DNA of 64,000 bases from Caldilineales bacterium. Lineage in GTDB: Bacteria > Chloroflexota > Anaerolineae > J102. Below the pieces are notes generated by a model that was given only the letters and a program-made list of their open reading frames with translations, was not told where the DNA came from and ran no database searches. Made by a program: the position numbers and the translations under genes. The stretch covers positions 36,538 to 100,537 of the forward strand of contig JBBINH010000005.1 of NCBI GenBank assembly GCA_037443945.1, given 5' to 3'. Positions 13,488 to 24,067 of the stretch are shown here, one piece after another. Positions within the stretch are counted from its first letter, which is position 1, and each line of letters opens with the position of its first letter.

Positions 13488-13892
13488 ATGAGCGAGCCTG
13501 CGAAATCGAAACGGATACCGCGTCGGCGACGTCGTGCCGAACGCCAGACGGCCAAGCCGACGGTCGAACCGGCAGCCCCGGCGTCGGCCCTGGCGGCCGT
13601 CGATGCGGCCGCTCCGGCGATAGCCAACACCGAGAAGGAGGAGACATCCTCTTCCCGCCGTCGGCGCAGTGAGCACCATCGGCAAGCCCGCTCGGTGCAG
13701 GCTGTCGAACCGGTTGCCGGTCCGGCGGCGTCGACGCCGCCGTCTCCCCCAGCCATGCCCGCAATCGGTCCCCTTAATCCCGACATCTTTATTTACACCT
13801 ACGTCCTGCGGCCGCGCGCCCTGCTCGAGAACTATCAAAGCGGACCCGCTGTGAGTGAACGGATGCGCTTCGAGCAACAGGGGGACACCTGA
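13488..13892 (+). CDS. hypothetical protein with Arg-rich disordered N-terminus (134 aa)
   Basis: MSEPAKSKRIPRRRRRAERQ...SSSRRRRSEHHRQ is followed by an Ala/Pro-rich region and the C-terminal block DIFIYTYVLRPRALLENYQ. It shares the frame of ORF 13089. Confidence 0.35.
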   Translation: MSEPAKSKRIPRRRRRAERQTAKPTVEPAAPASALAAVDAAAPAIANTEKEETSSSRRRRSEHHRQARSVQAVEPVAGPAASTPPSPPAMPAIGPLNPDIFIYTYVLRPRALLENYQSGPAVSERMRFEQQGDT

Positions 13893-13926
13893 GCGCGTTC
13901 GCGGCGGCCGGGTCGGAAAGGCAGCT

Positions 13927-14136
13927 ATGGATTACCGTCGTTACCGCCGTCAGACCGAGAAGCAGCTGCTGGTGGCGGTGATAGGCGCCCTGCTCATCGT
14001 CGGCGGTGGCCTGATTTATCTTATCTACGGCCGGTGGGCGCTGCTCACCGGCCTGGCGTGTCTGGTGCCCGGCGCCGGTTTGCTTTTGTTCTTGTGGGGT
14101 CTGCTGACCTGGATCGAGCGCTGGATCGGGGAATAA
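13927..14136 (+). CDS. hypothetical small 2-TM membrane protein (69 aa)
   Basis: MDYRRYRRQTEKQLLVAVIGALLIVGGGLIYLIYGRWALLTGLACLVPGAGLLLFLWGLLTWIERWIGE has two clear hydrophobic helices. Confidence 0.4.
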   Translation: MDYRRYRRQTEKQLLVAVIGALLIVGGGLIYLIYGRWALLTGLACLVPGAGLLLFLWGLLTWIERWIGE

Positions 14137-14341
14137 GTGCCGTTCGTGCTTTTGCGTCGTACGGCGCGGGGATACGTAGCTTGAAGGTGCGCCGCCGGCA
14201 ACTTTGGAACGGCTGTCGGTTTTGTGGTATCTTTGTTCATGATTGGAGTGCCTCCGGTTATTGTGTACTGTGATATTCTCTCTCACTTTACCGGTCTGGC
14301 ACTCCAATTCAATGCTCACCCCAAAAAGGGCCAAAGTCCAG

Positions 14342-14373
14342 GGGGTGCCAAATTCATGGCGAGTTGGCACCCC
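14342..14373 (-). terminator. stem-loop downstream of doxX (GGGGGTGCCAA / TTGGCACCCCC), putative terminator
   Basis: An 11-bp perfect inverted repeat with a 10-nt loop lies 83 nt after the doxX stop. A U-run (CCCUUUUU) follows about 14 nt downstream on the minus strand. Confidence 0.35.
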
Positions 14374-14455
14374 TCACCGGGGAACGCAGTGGTCGGCCGT
14401 TCTAACCGGGGCCGGCAGCGTTGGGAAACAGGGCCGTAGCGAAAACGGCGCCGGT

Positions 14456-14845
<390 letters not shown>

Positions 14846-14935
14846 GTTGATACCTCCTGAAAGCGAAAGGGGATGATAACAAAGCAATCGATAGCAAAAG
14901 CAGCCGACCACTGCAGCGGCTGCCGGCCCGGCAAG

Positions 14936-16018
<1,083 letters not shown>

Positions 16019-16072
16019 GTGCGGGTCTCCTTCACGGTGTCGAAGAGCAGCTCAAATTGCAGGGGTAGCGGT

Positions 16073-16555
16073 TCAACCGCCGTAGAACCAACCGGTGTCC
16101 CACATGACCAGGGGCCTGACGTCGGGATGGCGCAGGCCGGCGTTGACCACCTCGGCCACGAAGACGGTGTGATCCCCACGGCGCACGGCATCCGTGACCC
16201 GCGCCTCAAACCAGGCCGGCAGGTCGAGCAACAGCGGCGCCGCCGTCTCCGGCCCGCGCTCGAAACGGTAGCCGTTGATGCGATCCCCTTCCACCTGAGA
16301 AGGGCGGAAAAAGGCCGAGGCGATCGCTTTCTGGTCGGCGCCCAGCACATTCACGGCAAAGGCGCCGCCACGTTGGATCAGCTCATGCAAGCGGCTGTCT
16401 GCCTTGACGCCGACCATAACCAGCGGCGGCGCAAAGGAGGCCTGCGACAGCCAGTTCACCGTGCCGGCGGCCAGCTCATCGCCGTCGGCTGCGGTAAGGA
16501 TGTACAACCCGTAGGTGATCAACCGTAATGTCTTTTTCTTGATCTCGGGATCCAT
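16073..16555 (-). CDS. flavin reductase family protein (FMN-binding split barrel)
   Basis: MDPEIKKKTLRLITYGLYILTA...PLVMVGV...HTVFVAEVV is the flavin reductase-like domain. It is adjacent to the LLM oxidoreductase. Confidence 0.8.
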   Translation of the reverse strand: MDPEIKKKTLRLITYGLYILTAADGDELAAGTVNWLSQASFAPPLVMVGVKADSRLHELIQRGGAFAVNVLGADQKAIASAFFRPSQVEGDRINGYRFERGPETAAPLLLDLPAWFEARVTDAVRRGDHTVFVAEVVNAGLRHPDVRPLVMWDTGWFYGG

Positions 16556-16647
16556 GCCGGTTCTCCTTGGTGCGTGCAAAAAGGGATGGCGTTCTAATTG
16601 CGGAGCAGCAAGATGGCCTCATCCTGTGCAGGCATCTTCTTCTACCC

Positions 16648-17910
16648 TTATGCCATAAGCTCGGCCCGCAGGCGCGCTTCCTCTTGCGCTGCCAGCGCCA
16701 CCACCTCCGGCTGCACGGTCAGCACCACGCGATGGTGGGCCGGATCGCGCACCTGCCAGCCCAGTTCGTGGGGTTCCGGGCTCACGCCGTGACGGCGCAG
16801 ATTGGCCAGCACCGCTTCCCGTGCGGCCTCGTCGGGCAGCGCCAGCGCGAACCAGCGCAAACCGGCTGCATCGGCCGGCGCCGGCGCCGCACCTTCGCCC
16901 TGCCAGGTGTTGAGGCCGATGTGATGATGATAGCCGTCCACCGAGACCATGCCCATGCGGAACAGCCGCATCAGCCCTTTGTTATCAAAGCCGAGGACAT
17001 CGACGTAGAAACGCATGGCCGCCTCCAGGTTTCCCACATGCAGATGGACATGGCCCATGCGGGTCTGCGGCGGCATAGGCGCGGCCAGATCGTCGCCCGG
17101 ATGCAAATGGCGGAAAAGCGCGGCCAGGTCCAGCGGCTCGCGGCCGTCGCTCCAGGTGCCGTCACGACGGCGGGCGTAGAAGCGGGCGCCGTCGACCACG
17201 AACTCGCCGTCTTCCGGCGACTCGCAGTACAACTCGATGCCGTTGCCTTCCGGGTCGTCCAGGTAGGTCGTCTTGGTCATGATGTGATCGGTGGGCGCGT
17301 TAGGATAACCGGCCTGGACCAACCGGCCGATGACGCGCGCCAGCTCGCGGCGGTCGGGCAACAGCAGGGCAAAGTGGTAGAGACCGCTCACCCCGCGATA
17401 GCGCCGCGCCGTGCGCTCCTCGTAGAGATAGAGCAGGTCGGGGCCGCCGGCGCCGAGGACGGCCAGGCCTTCGGTCTGACGATGCAGGCGCAGGCCCAGC
17501 AGCTTCTGGTAGAAATCCAGCAAGCGCGACAGGTCCCTGACGGTCAGCGCCACGGCGGCGGGGCGGGTTTGCGGATGCAGGTGAAACTTGGACATGGGGT
17601 ATTCCTCTCGATGCAACAGCCACTTCTGCGCCCAGGCGGCCAGCGCATCCAGAATCGGCAAGAGCTCGCGACCCTTGGGCGTCAGCGCGTACTCGACATG
17701 ACGGGCATTCTCGGGGTCCTCGCGACGCACGATCAGACCTTGCTGCTCTAAAAAGCGCAGCCGCTGCGTGAACGTCGTCGGGTTCACCTCGCCCACCAGG
17801 TCTTGCAGCTCGCAGTAACGCCGCGGCTCACGCAAATGGTGGATGATCTGCATGGTCCAGCGCGAGCCGAGCAGACGGGTTACGGCCGCAACAGGGCACG
17901 TGTGGGTCAT
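16648..17910 (-). CDS. HxlR-type HTH regulator fused in frame to two-domain VOC (glyoxalase/extradiol dioxygenase-like) protein
   Basis: The N-terminal 105 aa (CPVAAVTRLLGSRWTMQIIHHL...EYALTPKG) form an HxlR/DUF24 wHTH. The remainder has two VOC modules (ALTVRDLSRLLDFYQKLLG... and HVHLHVGNLEAAMRFYVDVLGF...). One 420-aa ORF spans all of it with no stop codon. Confidence 0.75.
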   Translation of the reverse strand: MTHTCPVAAVTRLLGSRWTMQIIHHLREPRRYCELQDLVGEVNPTTFTQRLRFLEQQGLIVRREDPENARHVEYALTPKGRELLPILDALAAWAQKWLLHREEYPMSKFHLHPQTRPAAVALTVRDLSRLLDFYQKLLGLRLHRQTEGLAVLGAGGPDLLYLYEERTARRYRGVSGLYHFALLLPDRRELARVIGRLVQAGYPNAPTDHIMTKTTYLDDPEGNGIELYCESPEDGEFVVDGARFYARRRDGTWSDGREPLDLAALFRHLHPGDDLAAPMPPQTRMGHVHLHVGNLEAAMRFYVDVLGFDNKGLMRLFRMGMVSVDGYHHHIGLNTWQGEGAAPAPADAAGLRWFALALPDEAAREAVLANLRRHGVSPEPHELGWQVRDPAHHRVVLTVQPEVVALAAQEEARLRAELMA

Positions 17911-18126
17911 GGCACTCCGGACTTTACTATGAAAAACGTAGCAATTGTCTGCTAAAAAGCGCTACGGCCAGGGGAGCGTCCGTAAAAACAGCACCAATAC
18001 TATATAAAGCATAGTAAATAAGCTCTGTAAAAACGCTTACAATGGTCGCCCGCAGACCGATCATTGCCCACGCGGCGGAGTCCTCACCCCGGCCTTTCGG
18101 TTGCGTGCCGGATGCAGGCCGGGCCG

Positions 18127-19860
18127 TCAGCTCAGGGCGGCGGCCAGGGCCCGGATCCCTGCCGGGGTATCGCCCCGGAAATGGAACCGCAACAGACGAC
18201 GCCCCTCATGACGCAGCGCCTCGCCGTCGCCCAGGGCCTGGGCCATGATGAGCGTGCCGAAGCTGAGGGTCGAGGCCGCCGAACCGGCCTCATCGGGGAT
18301 GGGGACATCGTTCTGGGGGGTATCGGTCAACTGCAGAAAGAGCCCATGACCGGCATCGCCTTTGTGCAACTGACCGGTCGAATGGAGGAAACGCGGGCCG
18401 TAGCCCACCGTCGTGGCCAGACGGGTATACGCCTGCAGGCGACGCCGCAGCAAGGCCAGGGCGGCGTCGGCGGCCGGGTTGGGGGCGATGTAGGCCTGCA
18501 CGGCGATGTAATCGCCGGGTTGGGCCTGTTGCAAAAACGCCTTGAGCAGCGCGGCGGCCCGACGAAAGCGACGACCATTGGCCGGAGCCTGGCCGAAAAC
18601 CGTAATGTCGGAGTCGTGCAACAGCGGCTGCTCTGCCGGCAGTTGGCCGCTCTCCCGATAGGCGGCGACCATCTGGCGGGCGAGACGTTTGGCGCTCTCA
18701 ACGTTGGGCTGGTCGAAGGGCTGAATGCCGAGCAGATGACCGGCAACGGCCGTGGCCATTTCCCACAGGAAGAACTGCCCGCCGAGGTCGTAGGGATCGC
18801 GCAGTTCCAGCCGGACCACCGGATGACCGGCCCGCCTCAGGCGGGCCAGGGCGGCGTCGTGTTCGGTTTCGCCGCGGAGCCGGATCTGGACGAAGACGCG
18901 GTCGGCGCCGTAATGGCGGGGGCTGCTGAGTTCCTCGCCGACCACCGGCAGAATGCCTTTCCCATCCTTGCCCGTGCTCTCGGCGATGAGCTGTTCGATC
19001 CAATCGTCGAAACCGGGCAAGGACGGGGAGAGCACCAGGGTCAGCTTGTCGCGGCCCTGTTTGGCCAGCTCGGCCATGATGGCGCCCAACAAGGCTGCCG
19101 GGTTGTGGTCGGTGCGGGTGCAGGCCGTTGCCGCTTCCCGGGCCCGGGCGAGCAGAAGACCGTTATCCACCCCCACAAGCGCCGCCGGCACGAGTCCGAA
19201 ATAGGAGAGGGCCGAATAGCGGCCGCCGATGGTGGGGTCGTTTAGGAAGGTGTGGCGGAAGCCATAGCGTCGGGCCGTCTCGGCCAGGCCACTGTCCGGA
19301 TCGGTGATGGCGACGAAATGGCGGCCGACGGCCTTGGCGCCGACCCGGTCTGCCGTCAGGTTGTAGAAATAGCGGAAGAAGGCAAAGGTCTCGACCGTGC
19401 CGCCCGATTTGGTCGCGACCACGTACAGGGTGTGGGCCGGGTCGAAGCGGGTCGCTTTGGCCAGAACGGCATCGGGATGGGTGCTATCCAGCACCTCCAG
19501 AGGGAGACCTTGGGCGGAGGTCTCGGGGCGCGGGCCGAAGGTGCGGGCAAAAACCTCCGGCGCCAGGCTCGAGCCGCCCATGCCCAGGAGCAACACCTGC
19601 CTGAAGCCCGCGGCCTTGATGTCCTCGGCAAAGGTCCGTAACGCGTCCACGGCGGCAACCATGCCGCCCGGCAGGTGCAACCAGCCCAGGCGATCGCCGA
19701 TCTCGGTGGGGTCGGGTCGCCACACGGTGGGGTCATGGTCCCAGATGCGGCGGATGATCTGCCGGGTGTGTAGCTGCGCCAGGGCGGCGGCGACGGCGGG
19801 TTGATAGGCGCCCAAACGCGCCTGCAGGGTGAACACAGGAGTAGCCATGCGTAAGACCAT
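18127..19860 (-). CDS. pgi: glucose-6-phosphate isomerase (SIS family; possibly bifunctional transaldolase/PGI-type)
   Basis: VLLLGMGGSSLAPEV and the double SIS architecture identify PGI. An alternative start is MATPVF at 19848. Confidence 0.85.
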   Translation of the reverse strand: MVLRMATPVFTLQARLGAYQPAVAAALAQLHTRQIIRRIWDHDPTVWRPDPTEIGDRLGWLHLPGGMVAAVDALRTFAEDIKAAGFRQVLLLGMGGSSLAPEVFARTFGPRPETSAQGLPLEVLDSTHPDAVLAKATRFDPAHTLYVVATKSGGTVETFAFFRYFYNLTADRVGAKAVGRHFVAITDPDSGLAETARRYGFRHTFLNDPTIGGRYSALSYFGLVPAALVGVDNGLLLARAREAATACTRTDHNPAALLGAIMAELAKQGRDKLTLVLSPSLPGFDDWIEQLIAESTGKDGKGILPVVGEELSSPRHYGADRVFVQIRLRGETEHDAALARLRRAGHPVVRLELRDPYDLGGQFFLWEMATAVAGHLLGIQPFDQPNVESAKRLARQMVAAYRESGQLPAEQPLLHDSDITVFGQAPANGRRFRRAAALLKAFLQQAQPGDYIAVQAYIAPNPAADAALALLRRRLQAYTRLATTVGYGPRFLHSTGQLHKGDAGHGLFLQLTDTPQNDVPIPDEAGSAASTLSFGTLIMAQALGDGEALRHEGRRLLRFHFRGDTPAGIRALAAALS

Positions 19861-19903
19861 AGGGAGCGATGGGGAGAGGGGGAGGCGAAAGGCGGCGTTG
19901 GGA

Positions 19904-20638
19904 TCAGCTCAATCCGTAGACCGGGATGGCGGCGCCGTGAACGGCCCTGGCGCCGTCCGAAGCCAGGAAGAGGATAACATCGGCGATGGCGGCAGGCGCA
20001 ACCCAGCGGCTGTGATCGGCCCCGGGCATGGCCTCCCGGTTCGACGGCGTGTCGATGGTGCCGGGCAACACGCAGTTGACGCGGATCCCGCGCGCTTTCA
20101 ACTCGGCGGCCATGCTCTCGGTCAGGCGCACGACGGCGGCTTTGGAGGCGGCATAGGCGGCGTGATGGGCCGTACCGACCAGGGCAGCGCGAGCGGCCAC
20201 GTTGACGATAACCCCGCGGCCGCGGGCAAGCATGGCCGGGATGACAGCCCGGCAGGGGATATAGACGGAACGGGCATTGAGGTTGATGAGAAAATCGAAG
20301 GTGTCCACCGGCGTTTCGTGCAAGGGCCGGCCCGCCCGGTAACCGCCGACCGTGTTGACGAGCACATCGATGCGCCCGAAATGGGCCAGCACCCGCTCGA
20401 CCATCCCCTGCACTGCGGCCGGATCGGTCACATCCACGCCTGTTACCGGCAGATGGCCGGCCGCCGGGTTCAGCTCCGGCGCCAGGTTGGCCAGCCGCTC
20501 GACCGCACGGTCCACCGGAACCACATGGGCGCGCGCGGCGGCAAAGGCCAGCGCCGTGGTCAGACCCAAATTGCCGCCGGCACCGGTGACAATAACGACA
20601 TGCTCACCGAAATCGTAGGTCGGAGATGCGGTCATCAT
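19904..20638 (-). CDS. SDR family oxidoreductase
   Basis: VVIVTGAGGNLG is the Rossmann motif and YAASKAA the catalytic YxxxK. The start overlaps the glk stop. Confidence 0.85.
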   Translation of the reverse strand: MMTASPTYDFGEHVVIVTGAGGNLGLTTALAFAAARAHVVPVDRAVERLANLAPELNPAAGHLPVTGVDVTDPAAVQGMVERVLAHFGRIDVLVNTVGGYRAGRPLHETPVDTFDFLINLNARSVYIPCRAVIPAMLARGRGVIVNVAARAALVGTAHHAAYAASKAAVVRLTESMAAELKARGIRVNCVLPGTIDTPSNREAMPGADHSRWVAPAAIADVILFLASDGARAVHGAAIPVYGLS

Positions 20639-20641
20639 GGT

Positions 20642-21649
20642 TCAAAGATGCTCCAGGCCGTAATAGGTCACCCCGAGGAGGGCGGCGCGAGGAGTGAGAA
20701 TGACATGGACGGGCATGCGAATGAGCAAGCTGCTCATCCGGCCTTTGTGCAGGAAGGATTGCAGAAAGCGCTGGTGGGTGAGCGCCGGCAGGATCCGAGG
20801 CGGAATGCCGCCGCCCAGATACACCCCACCCAAGGCCCCCAGCTTCAGAGCCAGGTTGCCGGCCTCGGCGCCGAGGATGGAGACGAACATGTCCAGGGTC
20901 ATGGCGCAGATTTCGGGCGGGGGCTGGCGTTGCAGCGCCGCCTGGATGATGACCGGCGTCGGATCCTCGGCCTGCCGCAGTTCGGCCGCCAGCCAGGCCG
21001 GCTCCTCGGCATAGCCGGTGTTGCGCAGAAAGGCGTAGATGTTCGGCAGCCCCGACCCCGAACAAAACCGCTCGTAGCTGACATGGTCCATCCGCTCCAG
21101 ATAGTAACGGAGCAGCTCGATTTCAAGGGCATTGGTCGGTCCGAAATCGGCATGGCCGCCTTCGCTGGCATAGGCGTGGTAGCGCCGACCATCCCAGGTG
21201 AGATAGGCCTCGCCCAGGCCCGTGCCCGGGGCGATGACGGCAATGGTCCCGCCGGGCGTCGGTTCGCCGGCGTGTAGGGTGTGCAGGTCTTCGGCCTGCA
21301 GATGCGGAACCGCACAGGCCATGGCCTGCAGGTCGTTGAGCAGAGCCACGCTTTCGATGCCCAGGGTCTCCTGCAACCGTCCCACGCCGATCACCCAGGG
21401 TAGATTGGTAATGCGCGCCTGGCCGGCAATGACCGGTCCGGCCACCCCAAAACAGGCCCGATCGATGGGGTAGGTCAGGTCGGCCAGGAATTCGGTGATG
21501 ATTTTTTCCAGACTGCTGTACTGAGTGCTGGCAAAGGTCCTTTCGACCAGGGGCCGGCGGGCCTCCTGGGCATCGGCAATGACGGCCAGGACCGTTTTCG
21601 TGCCGCCGATGTCGCCGACAAGAAGCATAAACCCTCCTGCAAAGGTCAT
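20642..21649 (-). CDS. glk: glucokinase
   Basis: LLVGDIGGTKTVLA is the N-terminal ATP-binding motif of the glucokinase family (PF02685-like). The start may be the internal M at 21628. Confidence 0.8.
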   Translation of the reverse strand: MTFAGGFMLLVGDIGGTKTVLAVIADAQEARRPLVERTFASTQYSSLEKIITEFLADLTYPIDRACFGVAGPVIAGQARITNLPWVIGVGRLQETLGIESVALLNDLQAMACAVPHLQAEDLHTLHAGEPTPGGTIAVIAPGTGLGEAYLTWDGRRYHAYASEGGHADFGPTNALEIELLRYYLERMDHVSYERFCSGSGLPNIYAFLRNTGYAEEPAWLAAELRQAEDPTPVIIQAALQRQPPPEICAMTLDMFVSILGAEAGNLALKLGALGGVYLGGGIPPRILPALTHQRFLQSFLHKGRMSSLLIRMPVHVILTPRAALLGVTYYGLEHL

Positions 21650-21802
21650 GTCCGACGGCCCGCAATGGCCGTTGCCAACCGAAAATGAACTCGAAAGTCA
21701 CTGCCCACGTGCCGACCGCAATCCGCTCCTGGGCCTACAGCGCGACGGGCCCGGGGAGGCCGATGGGCAACCGGCGCCCGGAGGCGGAGGGTCGAGCAGG
21801 TC

Positions 21803-22633
21803 ATGACGGCTAGGGAAGAAACGGCTATCCAGGGTATGATAGCGGCAAGATCGGCCGATCCCATCCTCGCTCGGCGCCGTTTGCTGTCCATGACCACATC
21901 GACGTCGTTTCCACTTACCTGGCTGGACGAGCTGGACGTCCTGGCGGCAGCCTGGGCAGGTGGCGATAATGTCACGGCTCCGGCAGCCGAGGCCGCCCTT
22001 GCCCTGTGGCGGGCCCGCCTGCAGCGGCCGGCCGTTCCCGAAGAAGAATGGCTGGATGTGGTCACGCCGAGCGGTGAACCGTACGGCTGGTCGGCCCCGC
22101 GTTGGTTTTGCCATCTGGTCGGCCTGCGCCATCGCGTGGTGTACGTCTATCTGACCACGCCGCAGGGGCTGCTGGCCTTGCAGATGCGGGCCCACACCAA
22201 GCCGGAATGGCCTTCGCGGTTCGACACGACGGTCGCCGGGCATGTCAAGGCCGGTCGGACCTGGGAAGAGGGGGTGATGGCCGAAATCGAGGAGGAACTG
22301 GGCCTGGCGGCCATAACCCGCAAGCGCTGGCTGGCGAACGGTCGCTTGCAGCCGGTGGCGGGCTATGAACGCTACAGCGTGGACGAAGGTCTACCGCCTT
22401 ATCGCAATCGCCAGGTCAACCGCATCTTTGCCGGCACGCTCACGGCCTGGGGGCTGGCCCATGTGGGTTTCGCCGACGGCGAAGTGGGGGGACTCTATCT
22501 GTGTCGGCCGGAAGAGGCGCAGCGCCTGGTAACGACGGGCTTCCTGGTGGCGCCGGGGTTGCAGCGGTCCTTTCCCTATTGGTGGGCCTGGTGGCTGGCG
22601 CAATCGGGTCAGACCGTACCGGCGGCGCCGTGA
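21803..22633 (+). CDS. NUDIX hydrolase domain protein
   Basis: GHVKAGRTWEEGVMAEIEEELGL is a Nudix box. The start codon is uncertain and could be an internal M. Confidence 0.65.
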   Translation: MTAREETAIQGMIAARSADPILARRRLLSMTTSTSFPLTWLDELDVLAAAWAGGDNVTAPAAEAALALWRARLQRPAVPEEEWLDVVTPSGEPYGWSAPRWFCHLVGLRHRVVYVYLTTPQGLLALQMRAHTKPEWPSRFDTTVAGHVKAGRTWEEGVMAEIEEELGLAAITRKRWLANGRLQPVAGYERYSVDEGLPPYRNRQVNRIFAGTLTAWGLAHVGFADGEVGGLYLCRPEEAQRLVTTGFLVAPGLQRSFPYWWAWWLAQSGQTVPAAP

Positions 22634-23277
22634 AGGGTGGGTCGGCGCCCGATATCCCGCCATGGGTTCAGGGCCATCTGTTGCGAACGGCGGTAGACGG
22701 CCACCAGATAGATGCTATCGGCAAGCAAGATGGCCATGTACAGAAAATCAAAGAGCCAGGCTGTGGGACGAATAACAAAGAAAGTCAGGGAAACTGCTAA
22801 AGTTCCTAATAATTTACATAAAGCGATGTAAAAGGATTGTCCTTCTAATCCTTGGCGTCGTAAAAACATATTGATAAAAAGAATGGACATAAGCAGATTT
22901 TGCCCATAAGCTGCGTATCTTCCCATCATGTCATTGAATTCGCGCGATATAAGCACTATCAGTAAGAAACTTGCCGTTAATGTTAGCAATATCGTAGGAA
23001 TAAAAAATCGCTCCGGTAAATTCTGTATTGGTGGATCGCTACGCCAATACTTGAGAAATTGCCAAAATATGATACAATCCAAGATAAACCAGATATAATT
23101 GACGTATAATTGCGGTTTGGGATGAGGAAAGACAAAAGAGAATATGAACTCCCAACTGATATTGGCGCATAAAGCGACAAACGGCATGCCGTAAGTTTTA
23201 TCCTGAAAACCGCGAATGATGATCAGGATGTAGGTCAATGACCAGAAAAAACCCGAAATAAGCAGGCCGATGACCAT
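22609..23277 (-). CDS. hypothetical polytopic membrane protein encoded by AT-rich island
   Basis: The first ~165 aa (MVIGLLISGFFWSLTYILIIIRGF...) come from DNA of about 40% GC at 22741-23290. The last ~55 aa are read through into flanking GC-rich DNA, overlapping the NUDIX 3' end. Confidence 0.5.
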   Translation of the reverse strand: MVIGLLISGFFWSLTYILIIIRGFQDKTYGMPFVALCANISWEFIFSFVFPHPKPQLYVNYIWFILDCIIFWQFLKYWRSDPPIQNLPERFFIPTILLTLTASFLLIVLISREFNDMMGRYAAYGQNLLMSILFINMFLRRQGLEGQSFYIALCKLLGTLAVSLTFFVIRPTAWLFDFLYMAILLADSIYLVAVYRRSQQMALNPWRDIGRRPTLHGAAGTV

Positions 23278-23317
23278 AGCGCTTACGAAAGGGCCGCACG
23301 CACGATAGGACCTGGGC

Positions 23318-24034
23318 TTAGATCGGCGGCCAGGGGTGGTTGCGACGCCGGGGATCGGGATGGGGAAAGTGACCGGCCGCGATCAGGGCATCCAGGCGTT
23401 GGTGGAAGGCGCGGATTTCGGCCGGGCTGAGGAGCGCAACCAGCCGAGCCTGGAGTTCGGTATCGTGACACAGGCGGACCGCCAGCTTCTGCAGATCGGC
23501 CAGCAAAGGGGCCGGGATCGGTTCACCGGCAAAATCCCAGATGACCGTGCGCAGCTTGGGCTCCACATGAAAACACAGGCCGTGATCGATAGACCACATC
23601 CGTCCCTGGGCATCGAGCAGGCAGTGGCCGGCTTTGCGGTCGGCGTTGTTGGTGATGACATCGAACAAAGCGATCCGGCGGAAGTCGTCGGCATGGCGGG
23701 GGAAGATGTTGAAGTAGTGCTGTTCGGGATCGCTTTCGATGTAGACCTGAACCGTCCCCGGTCCATAGGCTCCCTCGCGCAGGACCGTCGGTGGGATGAG
23801 CTCCCAGCCCAGGGCTTCGGCGACGAGATAGGCGGCGTACTCGCGCAGATAGAGGGTGCCGTTGGGAAAATCCCACAGCGGCCGTTCCCCGCGCCGGGGT
23901 TTGTACACGGCCGGCAGTTCCCGTCCCTCATAACAGGCGCGCACAAGCAGGGCGTAGTTTGAACTCCAGGGGATAACTCCCAACGGTTCCAGCTCGCCCT
24001 GGCCGAGGATTCGCAAAGCTGTGGCCGTATCCAT
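23318..24034 (-). CDS. SCO1664 family protein (PI3/PI4-kinase-like atypical kinase fold)
   Basis: Family-like sequence with catalytic-loop-like NADRKAGHCLL and IDHGLCF (DFG-like). It is encoded next to a DUF3090 gene, as is typical for this family. Confidence 0.75.
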   Translation of the reverse strand: MDTATALRILGQGELEPLGVIPWSSNYALLVRACYEGRELPAVYKPRRGERPLWDFPNGTLYLREYAAYLVAEALGWELIPPTVLREGAYGPGTVQVYIESDPEQHYFNIFPRHADDFRRIALFDVITNNADRKAGHCLLDAQGRMWSIDHGLCFHVEPKLRTVIWDFAGEPIPAPLLADLQKLAVRLCHDTELQARLVALLSPAEIRAFHQRLDALIAAGHFPHPDPRRRNHPWPPI

Positions 24035-24067
24035 AGAGCCGTACCCTCTCGTTATCGGTGATCCGAC

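Noticed and set aside
14025-14240. 71-aa minus ORF antisense to the small 2-TM ORF
   Set aside because: Its composition is odd (Lys/Pro/Thr-rich). The plus-strand partner has convincing TM helices and genome-typical codon usage.
18064-21277. plus-strand ORFs 18064..19245 and 19829..21277 opposite pgi, SDR and glk
   Set aside because: The minus-strand genes have clear SIS, Rossmann/YxxxK and glucokinase motifs. The plus ORFs lack any.
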